DNA of 64,000 bases from Gonapodya sp. JEL0774 (taxonomy: Eukaryota): positions 1 to 64,000 of the forward strand of contig JADIIX010000105.1 in NCBI GenBank assembly GCA_027604505.1, given 5' to 3'. The notes under the pieces are model-generated. The model saw only the letters and a list, made by a program, of their open reading frames with translations. It was not told the DNA's origin and did not search any database. The position numbers and the translations under genes were made by a program. The stretch's first letter is position 1. Each line of letters begins with the position of its first letter. Below, piece by piece: positions 49,601-61,933 of the stretch.

Positions 49601-52600
49601 TTGTCTCCTCTCATGTAGAATGCAGGAGCTGTCGAAGAAAAATTAGCGTGAGTTGTTTGCGCACCGGAAGATTACTTTGAGCAATCGGACGCCCCAAGAC
49701 TTGGATGATACCTTGGGCTGAGGACGTATTGACAGGTCCCGTGTTCTCGAACCGAATGTCAAAAGCCTTGAAATAATTGGCTTTCACCCTCACTGTAGCG
49801 GACTCGAAACTTGCTCCCCCCTGGCCAGGGTTCAGTGCAGACCAAAGCGCTAATGGCAGTATAGATATAGACGATTTACGACTTTGAAAGAAACAAGGGC
49901 CAACAACACAACTTACGGTTATTTAGAAAGTAGGATATGGTGGTTTTGTCCCATCCATCTCCGACAAGGGTAACGAAATCTTTCGTGATGAAGATCTGGG
50001 ATGTGCTATAGTTACCACTTTTAATGTAAACCACAACTTCTTGCGTGTTTGGACTTGGAATACTGTCGATCGCTGGTTGAATGCTCGTGAAGTCACCGGT
50101 ACCATCTTGAGAAACTACGATTGCATTAGCGGGAAGATTCAGAGGACGGGGTAACGATGGCGCGATAGTGATTGTGGCGGTAGTAGTAGCGGCGGCCCTG
50201 TCGAGGCAAAAGGCTTACTCAGCTATCTCGGACCACGGCATTTGTGGATACGGAGAATACGCACGTGGCGGTAGAGGTCACGATAGTCGTAACGAATGTG
50301 GTGACATCCACTGAAGTAGTGGGCGTGGGTAAACTGGTACAAACGCGGTGATACAGAGTGAGAAAGCAGTTGAACAATGTCGCATAATGACAACTCACTC
50401 TGAAGTTGACGACATCCCAGGGAGCAAGCAAACATCTGGAAGTGGGGCGTAGCCGGTGCAGTTAGGAGTTCCTTGGATGAAGACATTTGTGAAAGAGAAG
50501 CCACTGCATGCTCCGGGGTAGCACAGTATGTAGACCGAATTGTTCGCGCCCGGAGCCAAAGTACCCTGAACGTTGGTGTACGAGACATTCGAAATGGGAA
50601 TACCACCAGACGGGTTGCCTGTCGGGCCTCCATTCAAATAGTCTTGCTGGATGACGATACCGAATCCCGTAATGCCAATCAAGGTGATGTCCTTGTAAAT
50701 TACGTTCGACACGTAGCCTCCCGTAGCTCCGACCACGGTCTTGATCCGCAAGCCGTTGAGGTGGGCCTCAACCGTGCAATTGGCAATGTACACCTGAGTG
50801 AAGGAAACAGTAATGAAACGCCAAGCCCGAAGACAAGACCGCCACAGACCCCGGGGTGAATGAAGTTCCTCACATTAGTAACGACCTGACCATCCTTGAT
50901 GGATCCGATCGAGACACCGTGACCACCATAGCAGTAGTTGTTGATGAACGTGACGTTATTTCCCCTGTTGATGGCAAGGCAGTCATCTTGGTTTCGGACA
51001 AAGTTGTTTCGGATTGTGATGTTGTCCGCCGAAACATCTGGTTGCATAAATTTGGCGAGGTAAGTGAAACTCGCCAGTGCCAACGCGGACATAAGACGTG
51101 AAACATTGTGCTTACCAAAAGCGTCAGTGTTGTGACCAAGTTCCAATCCATCTGGTCCGAGAGCGAAGCCGTCTGAGTTGTCAACGGTGATTCCCTCAAA
51201 GGTCGTACCGGAGCCTCCAACGCTGAAAATGTGTACAGGCGAGTTGTGAATGGTGATTCCCCGGACAATCGAGTTCCCCGTGAGAGTCGAACGGAACATT
51301 TTTGGTTTTGGGACGCCACCGTTTGCGCCAATACCTGTTCCAAAGGTTTTAGATTGCAGACTTGCTGATGACACAGAGTAAGGAACGTCTCACCATCCCA
51401 GTAAAGCGGGCCATTTCCTTCAAATGTCCCTCCAGTACCGTCAAAGAGTACATCGGAGCCGGCGATGGTGAAGAGATAATTGGTGCTGTTGAGCGTCTCA
51501 GACTTTGCAAATGTCACTGTGCCACGGAGCTTGACAACAGTGCCAGGCCTCAGTGTGGCCATGCTTATCTTGGTCTCCGCAGGCACTGTGAAGGGGCCCT
51601 GGATCGTGATGTCAGTGTACGGCATGCACGCGGCAAATCCATTCCACGCAGTAACCGTGCACTGAAGAGAGCATTCCGCATAAGCCTTATCAAAAAATAA
51701 AGATATTGGGAGATTTCAAACCCGACTCACTGGTCCTGAAACCGTTGTAGTGGCCGTTTTGGTCGTTTTTGTTGTCGTGGGAGTGAAGGACTGGATGGTG
51801 GTGGTGGCGCTGATCGGTCAAGATATTGAGATCAAACAGCGACTCAGAGTTTGGGAGACCAAGCAAAAAGACGTGTCGCAATTTGTACTTTGCTATGAAT
51901 ACCACTCACTCAGTCGAAGTAGCTGTTGCACTCGTTGTAATGGCAGTCGTGCTACAAACAAAAGTCCGGGGTATAAGTGCCCACCCCAAGTACCAGACAG
52001 TCTCACAACACTCACGATTCCACAGTGGTTGTTGTTGCCACCGTGCTCGTTGTCGAGATCTCGGTGGTGGTCACTGGAAGTGCAGGCAGCAAGCAAACAT
52101 CGGGAAGTGGGGCGTAGCCGGTGCAGTTAGGAGTTCCTTGGATGAAGACATTTGTGAAAGAGAAGCCACTGCATGCTCCGGGGTAGCACAGTATGTAGAC
52201 CGAATTGTTCGCGCCCGGAGCCAAAGTACCCTGAACGTTGGTGTACGAGACATTCGAAATGGGAATACCACCAGACGGGTTGCCTGTCGGGCCTCCATTC
52301 AAATAGTCTTGCTGGATGACGATACCGAATCCCGTAATGCCAATCAAGGTGATGTCCTTGTAAATTACGTTCGACACGTAGCCTCCCGTAGCTCCGACCA
52401 CGGTCTTGATCCGCAAGCCGTTGAGGTGGGCCTCAACCGTACAGTTCCCAACGTAGACGTTGGAAACAATTTGATTGGTGTTCACCGAACCGATCGAAAT
52501 CCCGTGACCGCCGTAACAATAGTTGTTGACGAAGGTGATGTTGTTGCCGCTGTTGATGGCGATACAGTCATCTTGGTTTCGAATATAGCTGTTTCGAATA

Positions 52601-55539
52601 ACAATGTCATTAGCTCCTACGTCTACATGTGAAATTCAGTTTTGGTCGACGGGAAGGTCAGGAGCTTTGGAACCGAAACGCTATAAACCAGTCTCTTACC
52701 AAATGCGTCAGTGTTGTGACCTAATTCCAGTCCATTAGAGCCAATAATAAAACCATCAGAATTGTCAATTTTTATATCCTCGAAGACCGTTCCAGCACCA
52801 GCAACACTGAAAACGTGAACTGGCGAGTTGTGAATGGTGATGCCGCGAACGACTGAGTTGCCAGTGAGCTTTGCGCGGAAAAACTTGGGCTTTGGTACAC
52901 CGCCATTAGCACCCAGACCTATAAAAGGAGTGAGCTTGTGCTGATTGTGTTGTTGATTCCGAAATGCGAAATCTTACCGTCCCAGTACAGGGGACCATTT
53001 CCCTCAAAAGTTCCTTCTGATCCATCAAATACAATGTTTGAACCAGCAATCGTGAAGAGAAAGTTGCCGTTGCCAAGATTATTTGACTTATTGAAGGTTA
53101 TAGTCCCTTGGAGTTTGACTTTCGTATCCGGTTTCAGAGTGGCCATGCTGATCGTGGTTTCGGAGGGGACGGTGAATGGACCTTGAATTGTAATGTCAGT
53201 GTATGGCATGCAACCGGCAAAGCCATTATACGCGGTAACAGTGCACTGTTGGCACAAAGAATGTCTCTCCGATTATGGGCGGGAAAGGAGCAGAAAACAC
53301 TTTCAAAACTCACTGGTCCCGAAGCCGTTGTCGAAGTAACTTTTGTTTTTGTGGTTGTGGGAGTCAGGGTCGTCCTGTCAACCAAACGTTTGTCAACTTG
53401 CGCTGAATTTTAAGTGCTGAGATCGAACTCACGATTCCGGGGCCACTGTGGTGGTTGTGACGTCGGTCGTCGTCAGCGACAACGACCACGACGTGGTAGT
53501 TTCGCTGCAAATAAAGGCGGGAGAAACTTAAGTCTCGGAACCCAACAGTGTGACTAGGGAGAGGGAGCAAACTACGCTTACATTGCAGTGGTAGATGTTA
53601 CGCTGCTCGTCGAAGGCGTTTCTGTTGTCAAGCTGCTCGTTGACGGCGTTACTGTTGTCAAGGTGCTTGTCGATGGCGTCACTGTTGTTAAGCTGCTGGT
53701 CTTCGGTAGCGCGGTTGTCAAGCTACTTGTTGAGGGAGTTGTGGTCCGGCGGCTGGATGCGAAAATTGTTGCGGAAATACGTAAATGTCAGCATGATGGG
53801 AGCCATTGTAAAGCAGCATCCATCTACACAAGAACTCCTTGAGCTAAACGACGCTACTTACTTCACAACGTTTGTACTGGACTTAGTTACCGTCGCTGTT
53901 GCCGTTCTGAAAGATGACGAATCCAGACACAGGGCTTTGTAAAAGCACGCGGGCAGAACCTATACCAAATCCTCAGTTCTTACTTTGTCGTACTTTTCCT
54001 CGTTTTGGTCACAGTTCGGGTGGTCGTCGATGACCTGGTGGTCCCCAATTCGAAAATTCGAAATTAGGATGGAACATAGTACTCTGAGTCTCATACTCAC
54101 TTCAGAGTGCTAGTTCTGGTTTTGGTAGCAGAATGCGTTGACGTGACAGTCTTGGTGGTGGTGGACTTGGTGGAAGTGGTGCGAGTTGTCGAGGTGCCAC
54201 CAATCCCTGTACAACGGTGAAAGTGAGCCACTGTGATTTCACGAAAAACGCTGAGCATCATCCCACCATAAGGATACCAAGAAACGCAGCTCCAAGCCTG
54301 TATTCATCAACCAATACAGAGAGTTCAGTTCAGTTGGTAAGAGCAACTTTGGCGTGGTCAGTAGAGATCACCACTTACCCCCCAATCGGCGAAGTCCTGC
54401 TGCGTGAGCTTTTTACCAGCAACATATGCTGCATGAATCGAATCACAAGTGCGCACGGTGGTCGTGGTTGCTTTGGGTGGGAGCTTTGCTGTGGTCGCGC
54501 CAATACCTGGGGGACAGATGCAATTCAACGAGTTTGTTCACGGACACGAAAAATTTGTAAGAGGGGGGAAAACTTACCTTGCGGAAACCAAATAGAGCAA
54601 GACCAGGCCTTCAGAAAATCACAAGCCAAGCCACAAAGTTTGTACCAATCCCGACCAAATTTTTTTTTCCCCAACAGGTGAACTACTCACCGCCCAGTCA
54701 CTATAATCCTGAGCGGTCATCTTTTTGCCAGATTTGTATCCTGCGTATATACTGTCACATGTGCGTACAGTCGTACTGGTTATGCGGAAATTGTACAACA
54801 GTTGCAAATGGAGCAAGCAACCATCGAGAAGAGAAAATTTTCAGAGAACAACTCTCCAAAATTATTCTCAATATCCAAATGATTGACTCACGTAGATGTT
54901 TTGGAGGACGTTCTACTGGAGTGATAATGGAGAGTGTCAGAGTAACGGATCAGCGACAGATTTAGTGTAGCTTGACTCCCAAACCGGGTAGCTTGACTCC
55001 CAGAACTCACGTGGTAGATCGTCTGGTTCTCAGTGAAGATGAATCGTCGGGAAATTTGGGAGTATGTTTTGGACGCATAGGCGACAAGAATGAACAATAA
55101 GGGGTCACAATCACGCACGTGATAGCTTCTCATGGTATGCGGAATGTAGCGTTCACTCACGTGGTGGTGCTCGCGCGTTTACGGAGTTGCTCACTGAGCC
55201 ATGGCCACCAAGAGCTCGCGTCACTTTTTCATTACAATGGCAATGGTGATTGCGAAAAGACGCAAGTAGAAATTTGCCGATGTGAAATGTTCCGCCGGAT
55301 CAAGTCAGGCGGGGCGGAGGAGGAAGGATCGGCGGGTTTCATTGGGAGACGTTGTGGGTATCAGGCACAAGAACCGCTGAAAACATTAACCACTCAATGA
55401 TGATTCCTCACCCTTCTTGGCGTTTCTGCAAATCGGAAGCTGGGGGAGGTGCATCATCGTCTTGGGCATTAACCAAGGCCGTTGAGAGGACACAGAGGAG
55501 CGTGATGCAGAGGAAGAGCCGATTACTTCCCCTACGCAT
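46666..55539 (-). CDS. Secreted multi-domain pectinase: 2x Trp/Cys module, 2x GH28 endopolygalacturonase, 2x CE8 pectin methylesterase
   Basis: Signal MRRGSNRLFLCITLLCVLSTALVNA. Both GH28 domains have HNTDAFD, NQDDC, GGHG and LRIKT. Both CE8 domains have DGxGxFxSIQPAID, WQDTLL, VDFVWG and YLGRPW/YLARSW. Linker exons splice in phase with GT-AG introns. Confidence 0.88.
53594..53745 (-). repeat. 30-bp (10-aa) coding tandem repeat, ~5 copies, TPSTSSLTTV-like
   Basis: TTPSTSSLTT/ALPKTSSLTT/VTPSTSTLTT/VTPSTSSLTT/ETPSTSSVTS in the pectinase linker. Confidence 0.85.
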
Positions 55540-56432
55540 CGGATGGGATGAGGATGGGACGAGGGGGATTGATGATGGCTCGGTTTTGATACAAGTAACG
55601 TTGGTGTTTCTCGCAAGGTATGTGTTCAGGAGTTATGTTTTTATTGTGCCAAGCGGGGGCGGCTATTTTCAGGTAGTTTTATGCTTGGGACACAGTCGGC
55701 GCCCCCTGACTCCCCTCGGAAAAACCCCAGAACCAAACACCGCACATATTCCTTTTCTGCTTCTGTGGTTATCGGCATTTCACTCGTATTTCTCGGAGAG
55801 ACGCCTCGTGCTCTTTAACCGCTTTGTATCCTGATTTGAATATTCCCACGATCACTATCCGACAGAGGGTGCAGCTGGATCTGCAGTCAACGAAGCGTGT
55901 CACAATTGGAAGTAGCTTGACTCCAGCACTTTGGTGTAGCAGGCTGTCTGAGCGGGAGCCGTTGAGAGAAGACGATACTCCGTTTGACGTGTCACAAAGA
56001 GACGCGACATGCGAGGACGCAGAGAGAGTGAGAAGGTTCTGATCTATTTGAGAGTTTAAGTGATTTGACTCCCTCTGAACAGCCAAATTATCATGCAACG
56101 CCGGGACCAATGACCGCACTGTGCCTTAGTTTGAGGTGGACCTCGATTCCGTGTGAAATATATGGCAAAGACGATGGTAATTAATTCTTGAAACTGATTT
56201 TGACACGCTTCAACAGAGCGTCAATTCACGAAGACCATATCCTGTCCGAGGTGCGATGATATTCCCGACCTACTATTACTAACGTGAGCTTATATTTTGT
56301 TTCTCTCCATCACCGCGGTGGAGGGTTCCATTCTATAGTTTTCTGTTTGTTCATGCAGTATTTCAGTCCGTATGCATGAGTTTGGCCGGCAAGCGCATGG
56401 ATAAAGATGATCGATCACTTTACAACAACCAC

Positions 56433-58857
56433 ATGATGGCACCCTTGGGCCCACGACGCCGGCCTCAGTTTTTGGTGACATGTAATAACGTTGAGCTCAC
56501 GCAGCTGCCGTTTCTCACGGGGCTCTATTATCTCAAGTGGAAGATCAGGACAATCGGGGGTGGAAGCGGAAAGTCCCCAAAGTGAGAATCCAACAGCGAC
56601 AACGGGGTTTTATTTAGAGAAATATGGCGGCTGATTGTGTGCGCCTGTGGAGGATGCAGAACACACGCTGACATTTCTTGCTTGCCATTCCCCTTTTCGT
56701 CAACTTGAAAGAGTGTCCCCGATCGACCACACAGTGTCATGGACGGGATGGAGTCTCTCCTCCCACTTTAGCACTGCAGTCGGTCGTGAGTCGCTTTTGC
56801 TTCCAGCTGAGCTCTGCATCACTGTCAAGCAGGAACTCAGTGAGAGCAAAATCGTTCTGGGCGAGGTCCGTCTCAATCTCAGCTGCTTCGCAAGGAAGGG
56901 GCCCGAACCGATAAAGCGAAGTATGCTACTACAGAGCTCTAGGATTAATACGTTCATCAATGTAAGCAGTCGTGCGGAAGGGGGTTCATCACCGCTCAGT
57001 GCCTGATCAACAGAATGATACAACCAACGCGAAGTTCTCCATCCACGTCGACCTCGTCGGTAACAGTGACGTAATATTTATTGCACCACCGCTTTCGGCG
57101 CTTACAAATGCGTGGCAGGAGCACAATGGGTCGGATTACGAGGAAGAGATGGTTGGGGAGAACGTGAGTAGCATGGTAACGGACATGGCGTTAATGTTGG
57201 TGCGCAAGAGAAAACGAAATAGAGCCGACGACAAACGCGTTTGAGGGTGGGCTGTTGTTGGTTATCGTGCAGTTTCTCGGAATCGGACAGGAGTCACGGC
57301 TTTCTCCAGGTGATGCTGAAAGCACCGGACTTTTTCAAACGGTGTTGCCGACGTGACTGAAGATACTTACCTGTTCTGTATGGACAACGGTTATCATTTC
57401 ACTGGGTGATTGTACTTGCATCCAACACTATTTCCGCTAATGTTGTAAGGTCCCAGGCCCTCCCCTATCATTTGGCTTGTCCTCGACGCCGGTGCACCGC
57501 GATTCGTTATCTGGGCAGAGGTGAGTTGCTATTGACTTAACGGAGTGGCGCTATAGTGTGAATCAAATGTAACCTTACCACCGCACCTCCTGCACCTGAT
57601 GTTGCTATTTCTCAATCACTGAATGCTCCGTCAACTCACTCAATGTGTAGCTCCCCAAGCAGTGTCCCATCTCCCCTCCCCGGGCGCCCTCGCTCGGCCA
57701 CCACAAACTCGACTCACGGGAGCACGAAATCCAAAACCTTGAGTCCCTACAACGTGCCGAGCAATTCTCCGCTGTCGAGGTCCGCGCAAGCCGCTGCCAA
57801 TGCTGCCCTCGCTGCCATAGCCCATGCCAACGCTTCCATGGCCCTCTCCACAGGAGGTGGAATGGAGTCTAATGGACTTGCGTCTCCCCCGTCGGCGGTA
57901 TCGGCGAACAGTGCTGCGACGTGGTCTTCATCTACCACATCCCCGATTCCAATCACGCTAACGACGCCATCATCGAGTGTTCCCCCAGTGGCTCTCTCGG
58001 CGGGCTCCTCCTCGGAATCCATCGGTGCGGGAGGGTCTGCGCTCGTGGTCGGTTTGTCGTCGGGGGGTACTCCTGGGAGTCGGACACCAGGGGATGTACT
58101 GAGTGAGCTTACACCCTCAAAAGTGCAAGCGTCGGTTCCGTCTATGGCGTCGCCATCCTCCGTGGGATCGGGATCTCCAAGCATATCCAACTTGCATCAT
58201 CAGCAGGCTAGTTCACAGCAACAACAGCAGGCGAAGAAAATCCTTTCCTCAGCGTCGTCGGCAGCATCTTCGGCGGTATCGGCATTGTATGCCGCGGTGG
58301 GGGGTCTTGCGGGCGGGTCAGGTGTATCACCAGGGATGCCAATTGGAGGACATGGAGGCAATGTGGGCGGGGCAGGTGCCGGTGGAAGCACGGGTATGGT
58401 TGGGCATGGGGGTTCTGTGCGTCCAGAAGAAGTAGTGGAGGCAGTGTTTGCAGAGTTGGGAATGGAATGGCCCAAGGTTCGTGGTGCTGCCAGTAAAGAG
58501 AATGGAGTTAGCGCGGGTACGGTGGGGTCAACTGATGTGGCGAATTCGTCAACCTCGACGGCAACAACTCGTGGCAGCTCCGCGAATGTTGTGACTAAAT
58601 CCTTGCAATCCCTCGTTCCCACGAAGGACCAGGAAGCATCAGTGGACGAGAATGACCCTCCGGGAAAATTTGTTTGGAATGGGAACCCTGACGGTTTGCC
58701 GAGGTGGTCACGGCTAGATCGGAACGTGTGGAGAGAGGACCGAGAGCATTGGGCGTATGTGCCCCCTGTGGACAAGGAGGAAGACGAGGACTTACCGGCT
58801 TTGCTTAAATCAGGAAGCGGATTGAAAAGGTTTGGAGTGGTGATTAGCGGTCAGTGA
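56433..58857 (+). CDS. NT-C2 (EEIG1/EHBP1 N-terminal C2) domain protein with low-complexity C-terminus
   Basis: ELTQLPFLTGLYYLKWK, DHTVSW, ITVKQE..LGEVRLNLSCFA..RSMLLQSSRINTFI; Ser/Gly-rich tail with PEEVVEAVF. Confidence 0.8.
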
Positions 58858-59034
58858 GACCAGCTGACTTTCTGATCTGAAGCAGAAAGCGCTCTTCTAT
58901 GCAATATTCTTTAGTCTTTCTCGTATTTACATTTTGTGAAAGTCCTTTCCACAAACGAAACTGTGTCCAGCCCCAGCAGCTTGCGAATATATTGAGTTCT
59001 GTCCACGAATCTGCCTCCCCCAACACCGCGAGTG

Positions 59035-61933
59035 ATGACTTCACAGAAAATAGCATGGGTTCGCAATGCGAGTGGCCGCTATGCATCGCGTGACAGGGTC
59101 GCAGCGGACTTGGAGGCCGCAATGAAAGCTTTCCCACACATGCAGCCGGCACTGGAGACTCCCTTGCGTGAGTATCGGCAGAACGCTGAAACACTCGGAA
59201 TACCCCTTTGAAAGGGTCGGAGAATTGAGGGTGAAAACGTGGACTTTTGGGCGACGTGGCCTCGTAATCCTGTTTCCAGGCTCGCGACAATCCACATATA
59301 AATCGTCCTTCTCCTTGGTTTGACCGACCTCTCTGTTTGGTGTTGCTGATAGCCCAACCTGATCCCCATGCTGGATTCGAAATGATCAAACTCGACGGCA
59401 CCATTCCCGTGTTCTGGAGAACGGATTCGTTCAACGTCCCCATCGTTCTTTACGTGCCGCCAACCTACCCGCAAGCTCCCCCTAGGATCAGAATCAAGCC
59501 CACGGCATCTATGCAAATTAGAACGGGCCCTGCAGTGCCCCACGAGTCGGGCGAGGTGGTCATGCCATACCTGGTTCAGTGGTCACAGCAGAGAGAAGTG
59601 AGTTTCGCGAAGAGACTCAGGGTGACGCTACACTGGGACGCTGGGGCATGAAGAACGAAAATTTTTCTTTGAGTTAGAGGGTGTCTCGGTGGTGATGATC
59701 TATCGAACAGCTGAGGAGATGGGCGACATCCACTCTACCCACAACACGTACCAACAGAAGTCCAACCCCGATGCCAGAATCTCAGCTTTTTCTCACATCA
59801 TGCGCATATTGCAATGTGCTTCTATCATTTTCGCGAGGTTATTTGCCGAATCCGAAACTGACTATTCGACACCGACCATCCAGCCCCCACCCGCTTATCC
59901 TGCCAGCCCACCCCGCCCACCTCCCGCTCCTGCACCCATGCCCCCTCAATCATCGCCTATTGTTGAAGCACTTCGCTTGGCCAAAGCCGCGTTCGAGCAG
60001 CAGATTCCCGTTTACACGAAGAGGAGCAATCCCCAAGTAAGTTTCTCGTGTGTTAGTAGGGATGAGCGTGCCAGTTGATGTGGCGGGAACGATGGGGGAT
60101 ACTTTACAGGAAGCATCAAACATGAGTTTTCCTCGGCTCCAACAAATCCATGAAATCTATTGAAGTAAATTCTCTTTTTCATGAATGATTGGAGCGGGAG
60201 AATTTCTTGGTGTCTTCCTGGGCGAAAATGCAGCCGTGCCTGCATACCGAGTCCATCGTTATGCTTGTGATGAATGATGGAATCGGGTACCAGAGTGACT
60301 GAAGCAGCTCCCACACGCCGTCGTGTTTTGAATGTTGGTTGTTCTAACACCCTCCTCTCAGCCTGCACAGCCCTCCCAACGCTCCAATCCGCCACCTCCT
60401 CAAGTAAACCAACCTTCTCAGCCTCCTCCGCCTGCGCAACCCGCACCCCTGTACCCCTCAAACCCTGCGAACCCCTCAAATCCCCCTCAAAATTGGGGCC
60501 AACAGCAACCTCCTCCACCTAACCAAGCACCTTCTCAACTAGGTGCGCGGCCAACCATGTTACCCCAGCCACAACCTACATACCCGCGGCCAGACATCCA
60601 GTACCCACAGCAGCCTTTCACGAGTGCCACTGGCCCCGCCCTACCATCAAATCGACCTGTGCTTGGATCCGCTTCAGGACCTTCCTTCCCAGCGTACCCT
60701 CCCCCGCCACCTCACCTCCAACAGTATGACATCAGGCCAATGTACCCTGCACCAAACGCAAATCCCCTACCAGAACGACGTCCGCCACCTCCGCCGCCAC
60801 GGGTCCCGACAAGTGGCTCGGGCGGTTCGACCCCAGAATTGAACGCGCTTCCCCAACCGCCACAGAGCCCCCCTCCCGGTCCTGCCGCCTACTCTCGGCC
60901 GAACGTTTCCAATTACGAACCCCTCTCAGCAACTGGATCCGCACCTGGTGTCCTCGGACGTCGCCCTGCACCCCCACCCCCTATGTCAGACCGCTCCCGA
61001 GAGCTGAGGGAAGTCGTTGCGGAAAGAGTGAAGAGGAGAGCGCTCCAGGTTGCAAAGCAGGCGGATATGATGGCTAGACAAGCCTGGATCGCGGAGGAGG
61101 AGTTGAAGAAGGTACGGGAGAAAGTGAAGGCGATGGAGGATGTCGAGGTGGGTTCTGTGCCGAATGGCTCTGTGGGAGATTTAATGCTGGAATTTTGAAA
61201 CGCCAATTACATTTGGAGATTGTTGACTCCAGAGAAACGATTTTGCGCGTTGTCTAACACCATCGCGGGAGAAACTTTGGGGACTGAAGCCCACATCTTG
61301 ACATCTTCTGAAACCGTCAGCCAAATGATTTACTCCTCCAACTCCCGAACCACAGAAACGCGCTCTCGCCAATAGTCAAGTTATTCGGAGCGCACTCCCA
61401 CCTCTCTCCCGACTTCTCGCCACCGTGGCCACCCTCCTTGTAGACCCAGATGATGTCGTTCTCGTACCTACGCCGTTGCATGCTCAGGCGGTCGATCTCG
61501 TGGCGGAAGATTGGGCGCTGGAGGATACCATGGTGCAGGCGCAAAGCTTAGTGGGTAAGGTAGATGGCGGAGTTGGCTTGGTATTGAAGGTGAGTTGAGT
61601 AGTGGGAAGGGGAAAAGTGTGGATAGCTCGCTATACATGCATGGTTGTGTTTTGTTCTTCTTCTGAGTTGGTTCTCCCCCTTTAATGCACACGTATTTGT
61701 GTGCATATTTTTTAGAAACTTCGAGAGCTCGCTAAGGAGCAATTTGAACTCCGAGGTGAGAACATTTAGTGGTGACGACGCCTTTTGAGAATCCGCTCAA
61801 TCCCTTCTCGACAATCTCTCCCTGTCTGAATGCCGATCGTTCACAACGACCAGTGCTCATGGAGAGGTGCAAGGAAGAGTTGGTGGCACACGCCGGACAG
61901 GCATCTGTTCCGAGCCAAATCGGTGTGCGGTGA
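59035..61933 (+). CDS. VPS23: ESCRT-I subunit Vps23/TSG101
   Basis: UEV: LDGTIPVFWRTDSFNVPIVLYVPPTYPQAPP..GEVVMPYL. Pro-rich region and coiled coil. Steadiness box: DPDDVVLVPTPLHAQAVDLVAEDWALEDTM..LK|KLRELAKEQFELR|VLMER. Confidence 0.9.

Noticed and set aside
46950..53260. Four separate tandem pectinase genes
   Set aside because: No internal signal peptides or intergenic spacers. The apparent ORF stops fall within GT donor sites, and the linker exons join in phase.
61317..61544. Minus-strand 75-aa ORF
   Set aside because: Antisense shadow of the Vps23 steadiness-box exon.
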